Source: Callorhinchus milii
Taxonomy: Eukaryota
DNA length: 64,000 nt
Direction: 5' to 3'
NCBI RefSeq assembly: GCF_018977255.1
Contig: NW_024704743.1
Coordinates: 15,440,001-15,504,000, forward strand
The notes below the pieces were generated by a model. It saw only the letters and a list, made by a program, of their open reading frames with translations, ran no database searches and was not told the origin of the DNA. The translations under genes and the position numbers were made by a program. Of this stretch, positions 48,536-61,308 are shown one piece after another (position 1 is the stretch's first letter; the number at the start of each line of letters is the position of its first letter).

Positions 48536-51500
48536 GTAAGTACTGTAGTATGCAGGGATTTGCTAACAGTAAGACCAGCAATTATTTTTGTTCGCTGCAT
48601 TCCTTGTGAATGGATCAGCTGCACCTGGATCTTTGTTTGTTTTGGGAAAATGTTGGTGGTGGGCGGAGGGGAATTCAGAGTTGAAGTAATCCTTGTTCTA
48701 AGATCAGCGCAAAACAATTTTCTTTTACTCTGCTGGTGGGTTCTGCTCCAGTTAAACACAGTCTTTGTAATTTGATGAGATTTACTGTGGATTTTTTTTT
48801 CTTTAGTGGGCTGCGTAATGCTGTGCAAAAAGTCGTGGGCAATTGCACATGAATGCAAATTACATTCATTCTCCTCTTAACACAGAGTAGAGTATTATGC
48901 ATTTGTTAAACAGCCTTAAAAGGTTGGTGGGTGCTTGCTTAGGCTTTGTATTCATTTTCTTTGGGCAAAGGAGGGATGGCCACAGAGAGCACAGATCATA
49001 GCAAGTGCCCATCGTTCTCTTGTAATGGCGGGACCTCTGCCTCAATGGGTACTGGAGTCTTTGCTTTTAAAATGTTGCATTCAGACTGGGCCATGAAACA
49101 GCAATATGTCCAATGGGGAGCTCCTCTCCTCTATGTGCACATAACTAGAGTCACTGTGCATCCTGATCTGAGGAGGGAGGGAAAGGTGTTAATTCAGACA
49201 ACGCCATCAATTCTCCATGCTGGAATTTGGGTAAAATGCCACGTTGAGGCATTTTATGGGATTTACTATTATTGACTCCAAATCAATAACAGGCAATCTT
49301 GCAGGTAACCGGCAGAGTCCCATGACCATCTGGTTGGAATCCGTAGTCTTTATAGTGTGGGAATCCCTTGAATAGGCATCGATGCACTGTTGGTTACCAG
49401 CATTGATCTCCGGTCTCTATTTGTGAATCCGATGCTTTGACTTCCAGTCAGCTCATAATTCCACTTTGTCTTAGCCTGTGAGACCATTTGCCTTTAAATT
49501 TAAAATTGCTGCAGTGTCTGTGTGGGTGGGGGGCGACTAGTCCTAATTTAAAAGCAAGTTTTTTACAGTTTTTAAAGAGAAATCAGTTAACAAATTAAAG
49601 TTAGAATTCAATGATTTTCCATGACTGTACATCAATGTGATGTTTTAAGAAAAAAATTTGTGGTTTAAGACGAGGTGGAATTTGGGCCATATTTGTCCAG
49701 ACCAATTTTGTGCTTTTGTTTCTCATAAATATTGTGCTTGTGTATAGGGGAAAAAAACTGTCTTATATTTGGTTTTTAGTGCTTTTATGTGACTAGCATT
49801 ATAAACTAGGGACTTTAGACTACAGAAAATGATGTACAAGAGTGTTTAGAAATTTGGAAGCAATTGATTTTTTTGGGGAAAGAGAGCGATTCATTTAAAA
49901 AAAAGGATAAATCTGAACTGCGTAAACTACCAAGAGCAGAAATGGTTAATGACAGCCACATGTGTGTGTCTATACATGAAGGGAAAGGTTGGCTTTCTTA
50001 TCAACAGTATGCCCTTAATTTACGCAATTCTCCTAAGTTTGGATGGTAGACTTTGCTAATATCTATGCATTTATGTAGATAGATATATTTTAGAATCATA
50101 CATTAGAGAAATTAAAGTTGTTGCTTCCTGTCTTGACTTCCCATCTCTTTTCCCCTCTTCCCTCCCCACCCCCCACGCACACACACTAACATTGCTTGAG
50201 AGGTGAATTTTTGTGGTGGTCAGTTCCTCTTTAATTAGTTAGTTTCATTCAGTGGAGTCTGACATGAGGGTGGGGGGAGGAAGAGCAAGGACAGGAAAGC
50301 AATCAAATGAAGCTCATGTAAAGAACGGGTTGCAGGGTAGCCTATACTTTCCGACTAGTATTAGCAGTGTCGCTGAAATGCGAGTATTAAGCATTTTACC
50401 CCTTTCTGGCCTCATGGTCAGAGTGAAGCAATACATGAGTCGTGTTGTGCAGGTCAGAGTTGAGGAGAGACAAGTTAGCAATATGTAGAGAACTCTGTCT
50501 GCTTTTTAAAATCTTAAACTAATAGGGGGAGGGAGTGAGTGTGTGTGTATGTGCCCTGCTCATCCATTACGCTGCAGGGGAGTGGGGAATGTCCTGAAAC
50601 CCTATCCACAGCAGCTGATAAGAATCTTTGTGTGTTAGGAGCCAGAATTTTTTTCACAATGGGACTAAAATCTGGTCTGTCCTCATGGAAAGGAAGCATT
50701 CCAGAAGCTGGTAAATGTCGTTTTTGTTTTAAACATAAAACCTTCTGAGCTTGAAATGCTTAGGGAGGCTGCTGGAGTTTACGTGTCATTCTAATGTGCG
50801 TTTCTCAACTTCATAGCAGGAGTTGTTCAATTTTAAAATCTCAAAACGACGTTTTTTTTGTGTAAAAACTTTCTAGGAATCTCATATACCTTTGAGACCC
50901 TCGTATTTTTGTGTCTGCACACTTACTTTTATGAATCTGCCAAATTGCTTTTCAGAGTTCAAATACTCATCACTCGACTTAACAATGCAAAATGCTGGCT
51001 GATCTTCAAGCATATTGTGGAGTGTGTAAAGTAAAAAAGGTAGAGATTTTCTGCTAAAGCTATTTTCTGGGCTGGCCAGCTCATGCTGCTTTTTTAGTTA
51101 AAAGGAAGTTGAATTCCATCCCAATTATTAAATCTTAGGAGACCATTCCTGTATCATTCTCTAAATGGTAGCTTCATCCCAAGTTCTTTCATCTCTTTTC
51201 CTGTTCTCCTGGCTTGACAGTTGAAAAGGTCTGACTGTGCCACACAATGGTTTGATTGGTTTCTCTGGGGGAGGCTTTTCCCTGCCTCATCATTCGCCAG
51301 GCAGGTGGACCAGAAAGTCTTCTGATTCTTTTGTTGCCTCTCAAAGTCTGGGGTCTTTGAGAGAATAAATCCACCGTCATGGGATAATTTGCTAAAAGAG
51401 ACTGGAGGAGGTGAGAGAAAAGCCTCTCTACTTGGGGGAGAATTAATGAAATACTGGTGCTATAGCCCTCGCAATTGAAAAAAATCTGGGAATGCAATGT

Positions 51501-52929
51501 GCAGCGATTGCTTTCGTAACACTAACGGATCTTTGTTTTTACTTCAGTCCTTTTTTCAAGCTTTTAAATAATTTGACTAGTTTTAAAAAAAAGTCCTTTG
51601 TTTTATTTTGTTTAATTTTTAGAGGAAAGAGAGAAGGTGGTGCAGTGGGTGGGGGTGGGGGGGGGATGCTTCATATATTCAAAGGAACGTTCATGCAGAA
51701 AAGATCGACACTCACATATATTCCTTAAGCCTTTAGATTACCCAGTAACAGCAAATAGTAGGAATTCCATGTGACAGGGGTAAGCTTAAGTTAACACAGG
51801 ATAAAAAGTAAATTACAGATAGGATGTCCTCAGCCATCTTTGTGGCTACAGATAAGGTTTCATTTCAGAACGGACAGACGACTTTTCCACTTACAGACCC
51901 ATTCTGCTGCACCTGTGATAACAACTTCTGGATTCTAATTGAAATTGGTTTGAAAATGGATTTTTAGTTTTCTCTGTCTGTGAAAATATTGAATGGAGTT
52001 GAGCTGCCAGTAAGTATCCCAGACTCTGAAAATGTGGCAGGAAACTAGAATCATCTTTCAAGCCTGTATCAATGATACGACAGTTTTGTGATCTGTCATA
52101 TTAATGAAATCATTGATCACTTGATGGAGTGGGTAATAAACTGCTTTCTGAGAATATTGTTCAGAAGCCTGATCAAAGTCTGTAGAGATGAAAAAGTATA
52201 AAGCACAAAATTGTCGAGCCACCTACATTAATAGTTGGATGGCAGCTTTTGTTGTATGGGTTTCCAAACAACACATATCTATTGATTTTTGAATTTGGCT
52301 TCAAAAAATACCATTGAGAGCACATTAATCAAATCGTGTCAGTTAACCTGAGTATTTTAACTTCTGAACAGTTGGACTAGTGTCGCTTCATAATTCTCTC
52401 TGTGTACCATGTTTCTTTCAATGCAAAGTGGAGGGGGGAGGGGGAATAATCCTGCATTTTCTAATTTGTTTTGCTGTCTCTGACCTTCTCAGTGCCGACT
52501 CCACTCTCTTTACTCTCTGGTTCATTCAGGTCACTAACACAGCCATCCATATCTGCATTGTTGTTGCTATTAGGACCTAATTTGCAATATTTGCAAACTG
52601 GATTCATTATGTTGATTGCGACTTCTGGATTTAAATATCCCGAGGTTTTCTGGATTTCGGGTTTCGCAATTTTTGCCAATCTCGCACCAGCTTCCAATAT
52701 TGCCAATGAAGGCAACAGTTCGGTTTTGTGAATATTGCTAACGATCGTGAACTTTGGCTCAAATTGTTCTCAAATTGTTAAAAATCTATTTTGAACTTTA
52801 ACTTTTATTGTAACTCAGTAAGATGTGACCACAAATCATTGGGTCTTGGATTGCTTGTCTGTCTGGAGGTGAGTTTCTTTGCTTTGATTTTCCATATTAC
52901 ACAAATTGTTTGAACCAATTACACACGCT

Positions 52930-53295
52930 TTTGTGGTGGCTCCATGGTTAAGTGCAGTAAAAGGACATTGCGGTTGACACAAAACTATTGTATGTTCAAT
53001 CTCTGGTCTGTGCTCAGCTGGGCGGTAGTCAGCCATTGCAATTGGTCTTAGTGAACTCTGCTCATAATCGAAAGATGATAGGTCTTCACTCCTCATAACA
53101 ATTGGTGACTGTTGGGAACGAAATTGTGTGTGTGAAAGTCAGGTGAGGATACTTTGTGATGCCTTCTGTGGTCAAATAACCTACAAAAAACCATTGTCTG
53201 GGGACACGCATGAAGAATAGCCTCTTGAGCCAGGTGCTGCTGGCGCGTGTAGAACATGGGCTCTGCATCAGTCACTGCCTTCAGGAAAGGAACAA
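52930..53295 (+). mobile_element. Old SINE-like repeat, family uncertain
   Basis: ggctccatggttaag...gttcaatctctggtctgtgct...gtgtgtg...aggtgagga...catgaagaatagcc...agtcactgccttcagg resembles a dispersed shark repeat I recall; possible relative at about 58670-58880. Confidence 0.4.
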
Positions 53296-53704
53296 ACAGT
53301 TAGGGGAAAAAATAGGGAATTGACTGAAAGGAAACCCCTATTATATATAGCGAAACTTGCACAGTTTAGTCACTAGGACAGTAGACTTGTGTTGCAGCTT
53401 ACAATTTACTTGCAGTTTGGCACAATAGTGTATATGTACATGTGTGTATGTGTGCGAACACAGTATATATGCATGATGTATCTCATTTTACTTTCCTGGG
53501 AACGAGAAAATCTTTTTTCACCTGTTGAAAAGCCCATGAAAATTCAATGACCTTTACCAATTGTCTGTTCACGTGCACAGTTTGTAAAATCTAGCTATTA
53601 TGGCATTTCCTTTCATTTTAAATTTTTTTTATTTTATTTATTATTTCATGTTTATTACTTGCCACCCCTTATAGACTTCCATATGGTACCTGCTTTGCCA
53701 GTTA

Positions 53705-54192
53705 TCAGGCTGGCTCAGTTGGTAGCACTCTGGCCTCTGAGAGGGTTTAAACCCCAAATACAATTGGTCAATCACTCCATGGAACATTGCTGTGTGAAAA
53801 TTGGCTGCAACCTCCCACAAAATATACAATCAATTCACTTTACAGGATATTCTGTGAAGCGCTTTGAGACACTTGAAGACGTGATAAGGTATTATCGAAG
53901 GTATCGTCCTTCGGGTGAGACATTAAACCAAATTTGCCTGTTCACGTGAACGCTAAGATCCCATTGCACTAATTGAAGAGGATTTCTCCCAGTTCGCTGG
54001 TCAACCATCCTCCAAATAAAATTGTTTTATGTGTCTGTTTGTAGGACATTGGTATGTGCAAAATTGGCTGTCACCTTTGCCTGCAAGTGCACAGTTACTA
54101 TACTTCACAGTAAATTCGGTGAAGCACTTTGTAATAATCCTTGCATTTGATCCAGTGCCTTGTGCACTGAATCAAATGCAAGGATTATTACA
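53705..54192 (+). mobile_element. Composite: DeuSINE interrupted by a SINE 3' half, ending in a foldback tail
   Basis: tRNA-like head ggctcagttggtagcactct, SINE 3' half at about 53760-53897, Deu domain gtccttcgggtgagacattaaacc...aagatcccattgcact. Confidence 0.75.
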
Positions 54193-55194
54193 GCTCATCC
54201 TCTTCCAAATGTTCACTCTCTTTCCCCCCCCCCCCCCCCAACCTCACCATTTCTGAAATTCAAGCTCCATTTAGTGGCCCTGCTAGGAAATGGAGAAAGT
54301 CACCTTGGGAGGGTCAATTGGACTTGGTGCATTGTGTCCTTAACATTGGCATTTCTTTTGAAGAAGACAAAATGTGCACTCTGTATTCAGTTAGTCTGTT
54401 AATTGGCGCTTGGATAAGTAGAGTATTTGCTTCAACTCACTCATTCGTTTTATTACACATCATAAAGTGTCGTTTGTTTTGGAACATTTAATGCATGTGT
54501 GTTGTTTGCCTTCAAGAAGCTTCAACTTCACTCCATTACATTTAATAGTTTGGCTGAATTGTAAGGGTGTATTCGAACCCTGATTTGTGGTTCATCTTTG
54601 CTACGACTTTGCATATGCAGGCCAAAGAGCCCATTGAAAACTATAGACACTTTTTGAAGTTCACAAACTCCTGACAGTGAACTACAGTGGAGCCCTATTA
54701 AGGTTCGATCCATAAAATCACAAGCTAAGCTATAGTGAGGCTTTGTAGATAGTTTCATGGTGCGTGTATGTAGATGGCTCGCTCCCTGTGTTCTCATGCA
54801 ACAAAAAGGCCAACTTCTGGGTCATAAGTTGACTGATAACATCACTTCCGGTGTGCAGCAATAGCGCAAAGCAGGAAGTAATACTGGTGTTCACCCAATG
54901 ACCTGCCAATTGGCTATTTTAGCACAAGAGTCTGCTGGTGCGTGGGAAGTGAGCAGGCCTGCTGCATATTTGCAGTGCCTGAGGTCCACATCGCAAAAGC
55001 GCTATAAACAGGTGCTCTATCAGGGGGCTGCACTGTTGTGGGTTTTCTTGTTTGTGAACAATAATCGGCTTATTGCAGAGGATATTTGGCATTGTTTCCC
55101 CCCTCCCCCACTCCCTCCTCGTGACTTTGGGTGCAGGAACGAAAACGAAAATCGCAATTTTAAGCCAATGAACTCCATTCAGTGTGCTGGTTTT

Positions 55195-55635
55195 TCTGTA
55201 CCCACATCTCACCAGTTCTGGCCAGGTTCCACTGGCTCTCCATCCAAGATCCTCACACTCGAGTTCAAATCTCTGGCACCTCCCTACCTCTCCGATCTCC
55301 TCACTCCCTAATCTACCTAGCACCTCTACTCAACTGGCACCGGCCTCCTGCTCGTCCCTCGCACCCTCCGCCCCACTATCGAAGGTTGCGCTTTCAGCCA
55401 CTATGCCCCAAAACTCTGGAAAACTCTCCCTCAATCCCTCCACCTTACCCCCACTCTCCCCTTTTTCAAGTCCTGCCTGAAAATCTTCCTCTTTGACCGT
55501 GCTTACGGCCGCCTCCCCCTCCACATCCCCCACCCTACTCCCCCCTGGGTTGAAGTCAGGCTCCGCCACTGTTAAATGCTCTGAGTTACTACCCTGTGTG
55601 GAAGCGCTAAATATGTGAAGTTGTTGTTTTTGTTG
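55195..55635 (+). mobile_element. L2 LINE 3' fragment
   Basis: HISPVLARFHWL, LAPPYLSDLL, ...PKLWKTLP, and a (TTG)n tail. Confidence 0.88.
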
Positions 55636-58600
55636 TATATTAGACTGTAGGTGACAGTTTAGCAACCCAAGAGGTGCATGGGTCTATAACAACAACAGAT
55701 TTAATGCCTCGGGAGGATGTGTCTTCCCCCCACCCGCCTCCGACCCAAACATTTTATTTGTAAAGGCTTATCGTGAAAGTCACCCTCCAGTTTTGATGGA
55801 GTACTTTCTAACTTTCCCACTATGGCTTTGGAACATTGCAGTAAGGCAACATATTGCGTCTCCAGCTGATGATAGAAATGGCCATGCAGGGGCATGGATC
55901 ACCATATGCCCACCCACCCCCTTTTTCAGAGAGATCATGAGTCACCTTTTGCCTGATCTCTGCAGTCCGTCGGGAGAGTTGGATTAAATCAGAATTCGGG
56001 CAGTATATTTTTGGTGCTGTTGGCAGGTTGGTTCACTGTAACACCTTATTCCCCACTCCCAATTACAGCCAGCACAATCTGCAGACCTTGGCCAGCTTGG
56101 CCATTAAATTTGGAAGAGTTCCATTTCCAAAGCCTGAGGAAAGCTGTTTTAGTGGGTGTTATATGTTGTGTAAAATTCAAGGAGTGATGCTTTTTGAAAT
56201 GTAAATGTAAAACAAAACGTTTGCCTTCGAGGGTATCATTTTAAAATGTAAGCATTTTTGTAAAGAAACATTAAAAATTCTACAGCATATAGGGTGTTTG
56301 TGGTATTCTTCTCCACCCAGCTCAGCAGTGGTGTCTCTAGGCTGGGAGTTTGGAGCTGTTGTACGAATGTGGCCAGGCAGCAGCAGGGTGATGCATGGTA
56401 ACTCATAGCTGTGGCTTCCTGCTCGCAGACGACGTTGGAAACTGGAGCTTGGCAGAGAAACTGGACCAAATTCTTCTTCTTCAAAAAGCAGAGAATAAAG
56501 TTCCAGATTTTGTGGAAATTTTTTTTAACAACAATAATAATAATAGCTGTTAAAAATGTCTAATGATACTCGTGTTCCAGCCATTGATACCTCTAATATT
56601 TCTGGAAACATCACCCAGCCCCCGCCCCCCATACACACACTTTTTAAATACAAGATGGAACTTAATATATATATACCATGTGTAAAATCATATTTATTCT
56701 GTTTGAGCTTCTGAACGGATTTTTGTAGCCGCAAGGTGTGATAATGTGAGTCGGTGTGAACAGCGTGCAGTACGGGAAGGGTTAATTTAATTTGAGATTT
56801 GTATCTGAATGCAGGTCAGCATGAATTTTGTTGCTATTACTGTGTGGTGTGTTTTGTATTCCTTTAGGATATATTTTTTCCTTCTTCCCGGGGAATGATT
56901 TGATGATTGCTCCGATTTCAGTGTGCGTTGTCTCTGAGGTATTTTCTTCATTCTTTCAGGGAGCCCAGGTCACTCCAACTGTGATTGTGAGCTTGAAAGA
57001 AGATCTGTGATCAAAGGCTTTAATGATATCATTGGTCTTTGGTGATTGATTAGAAACAGAAGTTCTGAAGCATTTTACACGCTTGACTTTTTTTCCTTAT
57101 TACCCTCGGTCTCGTGAGGTTTGTTTTTGCCATTAGGAGAGTTTATATTTTCTTTTGCATATTGCACAGTCCATTAGCAGCTGGTGAGTATGGTGCGAAG
57201 AATTCCTTACATTTAGGAATGTTATTCAGTGAGAAAAAGACACCAGGTACCTTGAGTTGCAGTTAGTGCTCCTGCAGTTGTGTGTTTGATCTGGCATGTG
57301 CTTACATAGAAAATCAGTATGAAATAAGTCACTTGCCCAGGTAGTTTTGTAGTTGGGGGAAGATTGCAATGTTTGTAGGATGTTCTTCCAGACAAAGGAA
57401 TTCACAGTGAAGAATGAATGTTTTTCAATGCAAGTGGTTCGATGAGGAGAATCTAATCACCAAAGACCAGTTTTCTCTTCCTAGGGCGAGAGTGCACGAG
57501 TTGTGAGGCAGCCCATGCTTATTCCCAAAGCAGTAACATTTGAGGCACTGAAAACTATCTTAAAGACACTAACCTAAAACTTTTCAAACCAGTGATTCAC
57601 GTGAGAGCTTTATGTATTTTTTGAAAGCGGGCAAAACATGGCAACTCCCCTGCAGGGATTGGCCGATTCATTTCCACTGATATGCACTTCACACCAGGAG
57701 GTGACAAGTCTTAAGACTGCAGAAAAGGCAATTGCGGGGAAAGAAAGGAAGCGTCCTTTTATCACAACTGTCCCATACACACACCGTAAACATTGCATTA
57801 GGCACACCAAGTGTTTTAGTTAGATTGCACTTTAAATGAGAAGTCACAGAAGTTGCAAATTCCCTCTTCTTTTGAAGAAGACAAAACCCAGATAGAGCTA
57901 TAAATCACCATTTAAGTTCCTTCCTATGTTTTACCATTTGCTGTTAGAAAGATCGCCTCAAGTTTGTTTATGGTTAATTCCCTCCAGAACCAACTTCAAT
58001 TTGTGGAGGAGCCACTGGGATGGATTGATAACCGTGTTTATAGACTTAAAGGAATATCTAAAGATAACAAAACAATGCAAATATACCATTTTGATAAGTC
58101 ACGGAAGCATTTACTGATAATGTCTAATCTTAAGGATGTGTCTAAATGACACCTTTCATACACTGCGTTTTCTTTTGCAGCTTTTTCTTGCACTTTTGCA
58201 AAAAAAACCTTTACTTAGGCCAAATCTTGCTGCATACGGTCGACATACAGTATACAATACAATGTCGATCTACTGCATACAATAGCAGTTCATACATATC
58301 TCTCTCTCTCTTTATATATATATATATATATAAAACATTCATTATTTACAAATTGACAGGCAGAAATATTGGGGAAAGATCTGTTATTGGGATTTTATGC
58401 GTCTTGTTTGCTGAACATGACATTGCATTTGTCGAGTACTGTATCAACCGTCATAATCTTGGGTTCTAATACTGGAGGATCTAAATGTAACCTCCGGGCC
58501 ATTTTAAATGACACAAATTTGGTTTGTCTTAATGTTTTCTTTGTGAAATTAAAAAGTGAAACTGCTGACCATCTGCAGCAGGTGAATCAGCATCTAAAGA

Positions 58601-58879
58601 AGAAAGATGAGTTACTGTGTATCCCTTTATCAGAACTTCAATGACTGGCTCCTCTGATCTTCTGTAAATAACTGAGCCAGCCAGACCTTGTTTCAATTGC
58701 TTGTCGGAGCTGAAGAATCCAATGGATGGTACATTTAGCTTCCATGGTTAGGGAGGGCAAAATCCATTAGAGTTCCTCGCTGTCTAGTGCTGACGTAGCC
58801 TTGCCGTAGAATTTGGTAATGACTGGATCAGAATTGGTTCCGATACACTGCATTCCTGCAATTGAATAACTTGCCAGTT

Positions 58880-58990
58880 TAATAATAATAATAATAATCC
58901 TCACATGTGATATAATGCCTTTTACGTCAGGAGGACATCTCAAAGTGCCTTACAGGATTGACTGGAAAGTGGAGTGACTGCATTTTGTTA
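58880..58990 (-). mobile_element. SINE 3' fragment
   Basis: (AAT)n cctcacatgtgatataatgcctttttacgtcaggaggacatctcaaagtgc. Confidence 0.75.
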
Positions 58991-59227
58991 GTGAAGGCGG
59001 CAGCAAGTGCTCACCATCGAGACTTGTGTAGGATGAATGGTACTCAGCAGGCACTGGAGAGCAATGAAGCAATTCCTTCAGGAACTCTGCTGTTTGCAGT
59101 TACTTGGATTACCAAATGGTCATTCAAGGCAAGGATCGAGGATAAGCAGCTGCTACTCCATTTTGAATCGCGGTAGTTCAGCAGATTTGATGGAGGCGAC
59201 TGAATAACTAAAATATTATCTTTTGTT

Positions 59228-59490
59228 TGGATGAGACATTAATCCGAGGTCCCATCTGCCAGCTCAGGTGGATGTTAAAGATCCCGTGACACTATCTGAA
59301 AAGAGAAGAGAGTTTCTCGTATTCTGGCCAATAATCCCCCACATAAAAATTGGTCATTCATTTCATAGCTGTTCGTGGGACATATATGTGCGCAATTGGG
59401 CTGCTGTGTTCGTCTACAACCTAATATATCATTTGTTGTTGTTGTTTTTCTGATGTGATAAGGTGCTATACCAAATGCAAGTATTATTGT
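59228..59490 (+). mobile_element. DeuSINE-like fragment
   Basis: ggatgagacattaatccgaggtcccatctgcc...caggtggatgttaaagatcccgtgacactat...tggccaata. Confidence 0.85.
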
Positions 59491-59934
59491 TAACTATCTA
59501 CATAAACACTTTGTGACGGGCGGTATGGTTTTAAGAGGACGTGATCTGACTGATTTGGATGCATCATCCTTTGCTGTTTAAAAAATGGGAAGTGGTGAGA
59601 TTCTAGGTTAATCTGAAGGAACGATTAACAAAAGACCATTTTGTCACCTCTTCCAGCGAATGATTAACATTTCATTGCCTTAGATAAAGATTAGTCATCC
59701 CCAACCAAGCTAATTGTGTTCTGTGAATAATGGTGCCACAATGCACATTGTTTTGTTCCTGCTGGGCTATTTAACAGTTTGCTGTAAATCGAGATCAATA
59801 CTAATTTACTGCTTGCTGATAGGATAATCGAGGGTTTCAAAGCTCAATGGTATGCTTTCACAACTGGTCTGTGAAGTTTAGATTTTGCTTTCTGTACTGC
59901 ATGCGTGCCCTGTGACAGAATTGTAAAGCATTTT

Positions 59935-60450
59935 TGGGCGTAATAATCCTTTTTTTAAAAAAATTTAAAAATAAGAAATTGGTCACTCAATTTGTGGGAC
60001 ATTGCTGTGCTCAAATGGCTGCCGCCACTTTCGCCCTCAAAATATGCAGTCAATTCACTTTACAGAATACTCTTGTGAAGCACTTTGAGATGTCTTTAAG
60101 ACATGATAAGACGCTGTATCAAATGCAAGGATTATTATTACCCCTTACCCTCCCTGCCTTGCACCCCTTCTGATCCTAGCCCCCAGCATGGGTCCAAATC
60201 CCTTATTGTCCAGTGCCTTGGGACGTCCTCCCGACGTGAAAGGCACTATACAAATGTAATTTGTTGTTGTATTACCAACCTTTCTGTACAGAGTGAGTAG
60301 TGGTCCTCACTGTATGATCAACCTTTTTACAGGAGGCAGATGCTGGCCATTGTCTTCAGCCCGCAGTGGCATGAGTTGCTTAACTTACCTGACAACAACA
60401 AAATTACATTTATAGAGTGCCTTTCACGTCGGGAGGACGTTCCAAGGCGT
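59935..60450. mobile_element. SINE 3' half (+, 59935-60140), L2 tail (+, 60140-60270) and inverted L2 tail (-, 60392-60450)
   Basis: Direct similarity to the SINE and L2 tails elsewhere in the window. Confidence 0.85.
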
Positions 60451-60479
60451 TGGCTGGAGATACATTTTAATAATGCTAT

Positions 60480-60985
60480 TAATCCGTCCATTTGGTGTAG
60501 CACCTTTCAGGCCAGGAGGACACCCCAAAGTGTTTCATAGAATATATTGTAAAGTGGAGTGACTGTGTGCTTTTGTGGGTGCAATTTGCATACAGCAATG
60601 TCCCATAAACAGCCATGAAGTGAATGGGCATTGATAGCCAGGGTACGGGGAGAAGCTCCCTTCTCCATTCAAATAGTGCCGTGAGATCTTGAACCACCCG
60701 AAGACGAAGACGATCCGAAAAGTACGATCCAACCTTGAAATTTGCAAGTAAGCATAGGAACTCAATCTGGGTAGGATATCTTTAAGCCCAGTGATGGGTT
60801 TCTGCAGGTAACAGACACGGGGTCTCTTCCGATGGATAGCACCTCTAGTAATGTAGCACCCCCCCAGCACTGCATTGGAGTGTCAGCATAGAATTTGTGA
60901 GTTCCAAGTCCCGATGTGGAGTTTGAACCCACACCTTGTGACTCAGAAGCGAGAGTGCTACCTATCTGAGCCAGGCTGACACACA
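60480..60985 (-). mobile_element. DeuSINE-like element with an internal insert at about 60720-60820
   Basis: Reverse tRNA head tttgaacccacacc...gagagtgctacctatctgagcca; aatagtgccgtgagatctt Deu segment. Confidence 0.8.
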
Positions 60986-61147
60986 CGTGAGAATGGCAGC
61001 GAATTAAATTCTCTAAATATTTCTCAGTCCACACAAGGGACTGAGAAATATTTTAGATTACTTTTAATGGTGGAGAAGAAGCATCACAATGAGCAGCAGA
61101 TTGTCACTTAGCATGAAATTAAGTCTTCATACTTGTGGATAAAAGTA

Positions 61148-61308
61148 TTTTGGTCAGCCGGGTGTCTGAGAGCTACAGAAACCCATCACCATGCTTAGGA
61201 CAATCCAACCTTGAGAGTTACACATCAACATAGGAACTCAATCTGGGTTGGATATTTTTAAGCCTGGTGCTGGGTTTCTGCAAGTTTCAGACACTTGGTT
61301 GATCAAAA
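61148..61308. repeat. Foldback (MITE-like) element with 63-bp inverted arms
   Basis: 61148-61210 pairs ungapped with 61246-61308; partial second copy at about 60727-60818. Confidence 0.8.

Noticed and set aside
48536..48609. ORF track extends the GLI3 ORF to 65 aa (GKYCSMQGF...)
   Set aside because: Read-through into intron 2 past the GTAAGT donor; similarity to GLI3 stops at N41
52590..52790. Locally CpG-rich segment, possibly a DNA-transposon fragment or regulatory island
   Set aside because: No terminal repeats, second copy or motif I could support
13305..61037. CTTGT occurs in the loops of three hairpins (13305, 54159, and 61033-61037 on the minus strand)
   Set aside because: Post-hoc 5-mer match; at 54159 it is explained by the SINE tail (gcctta/gt), and the arms share no sequence
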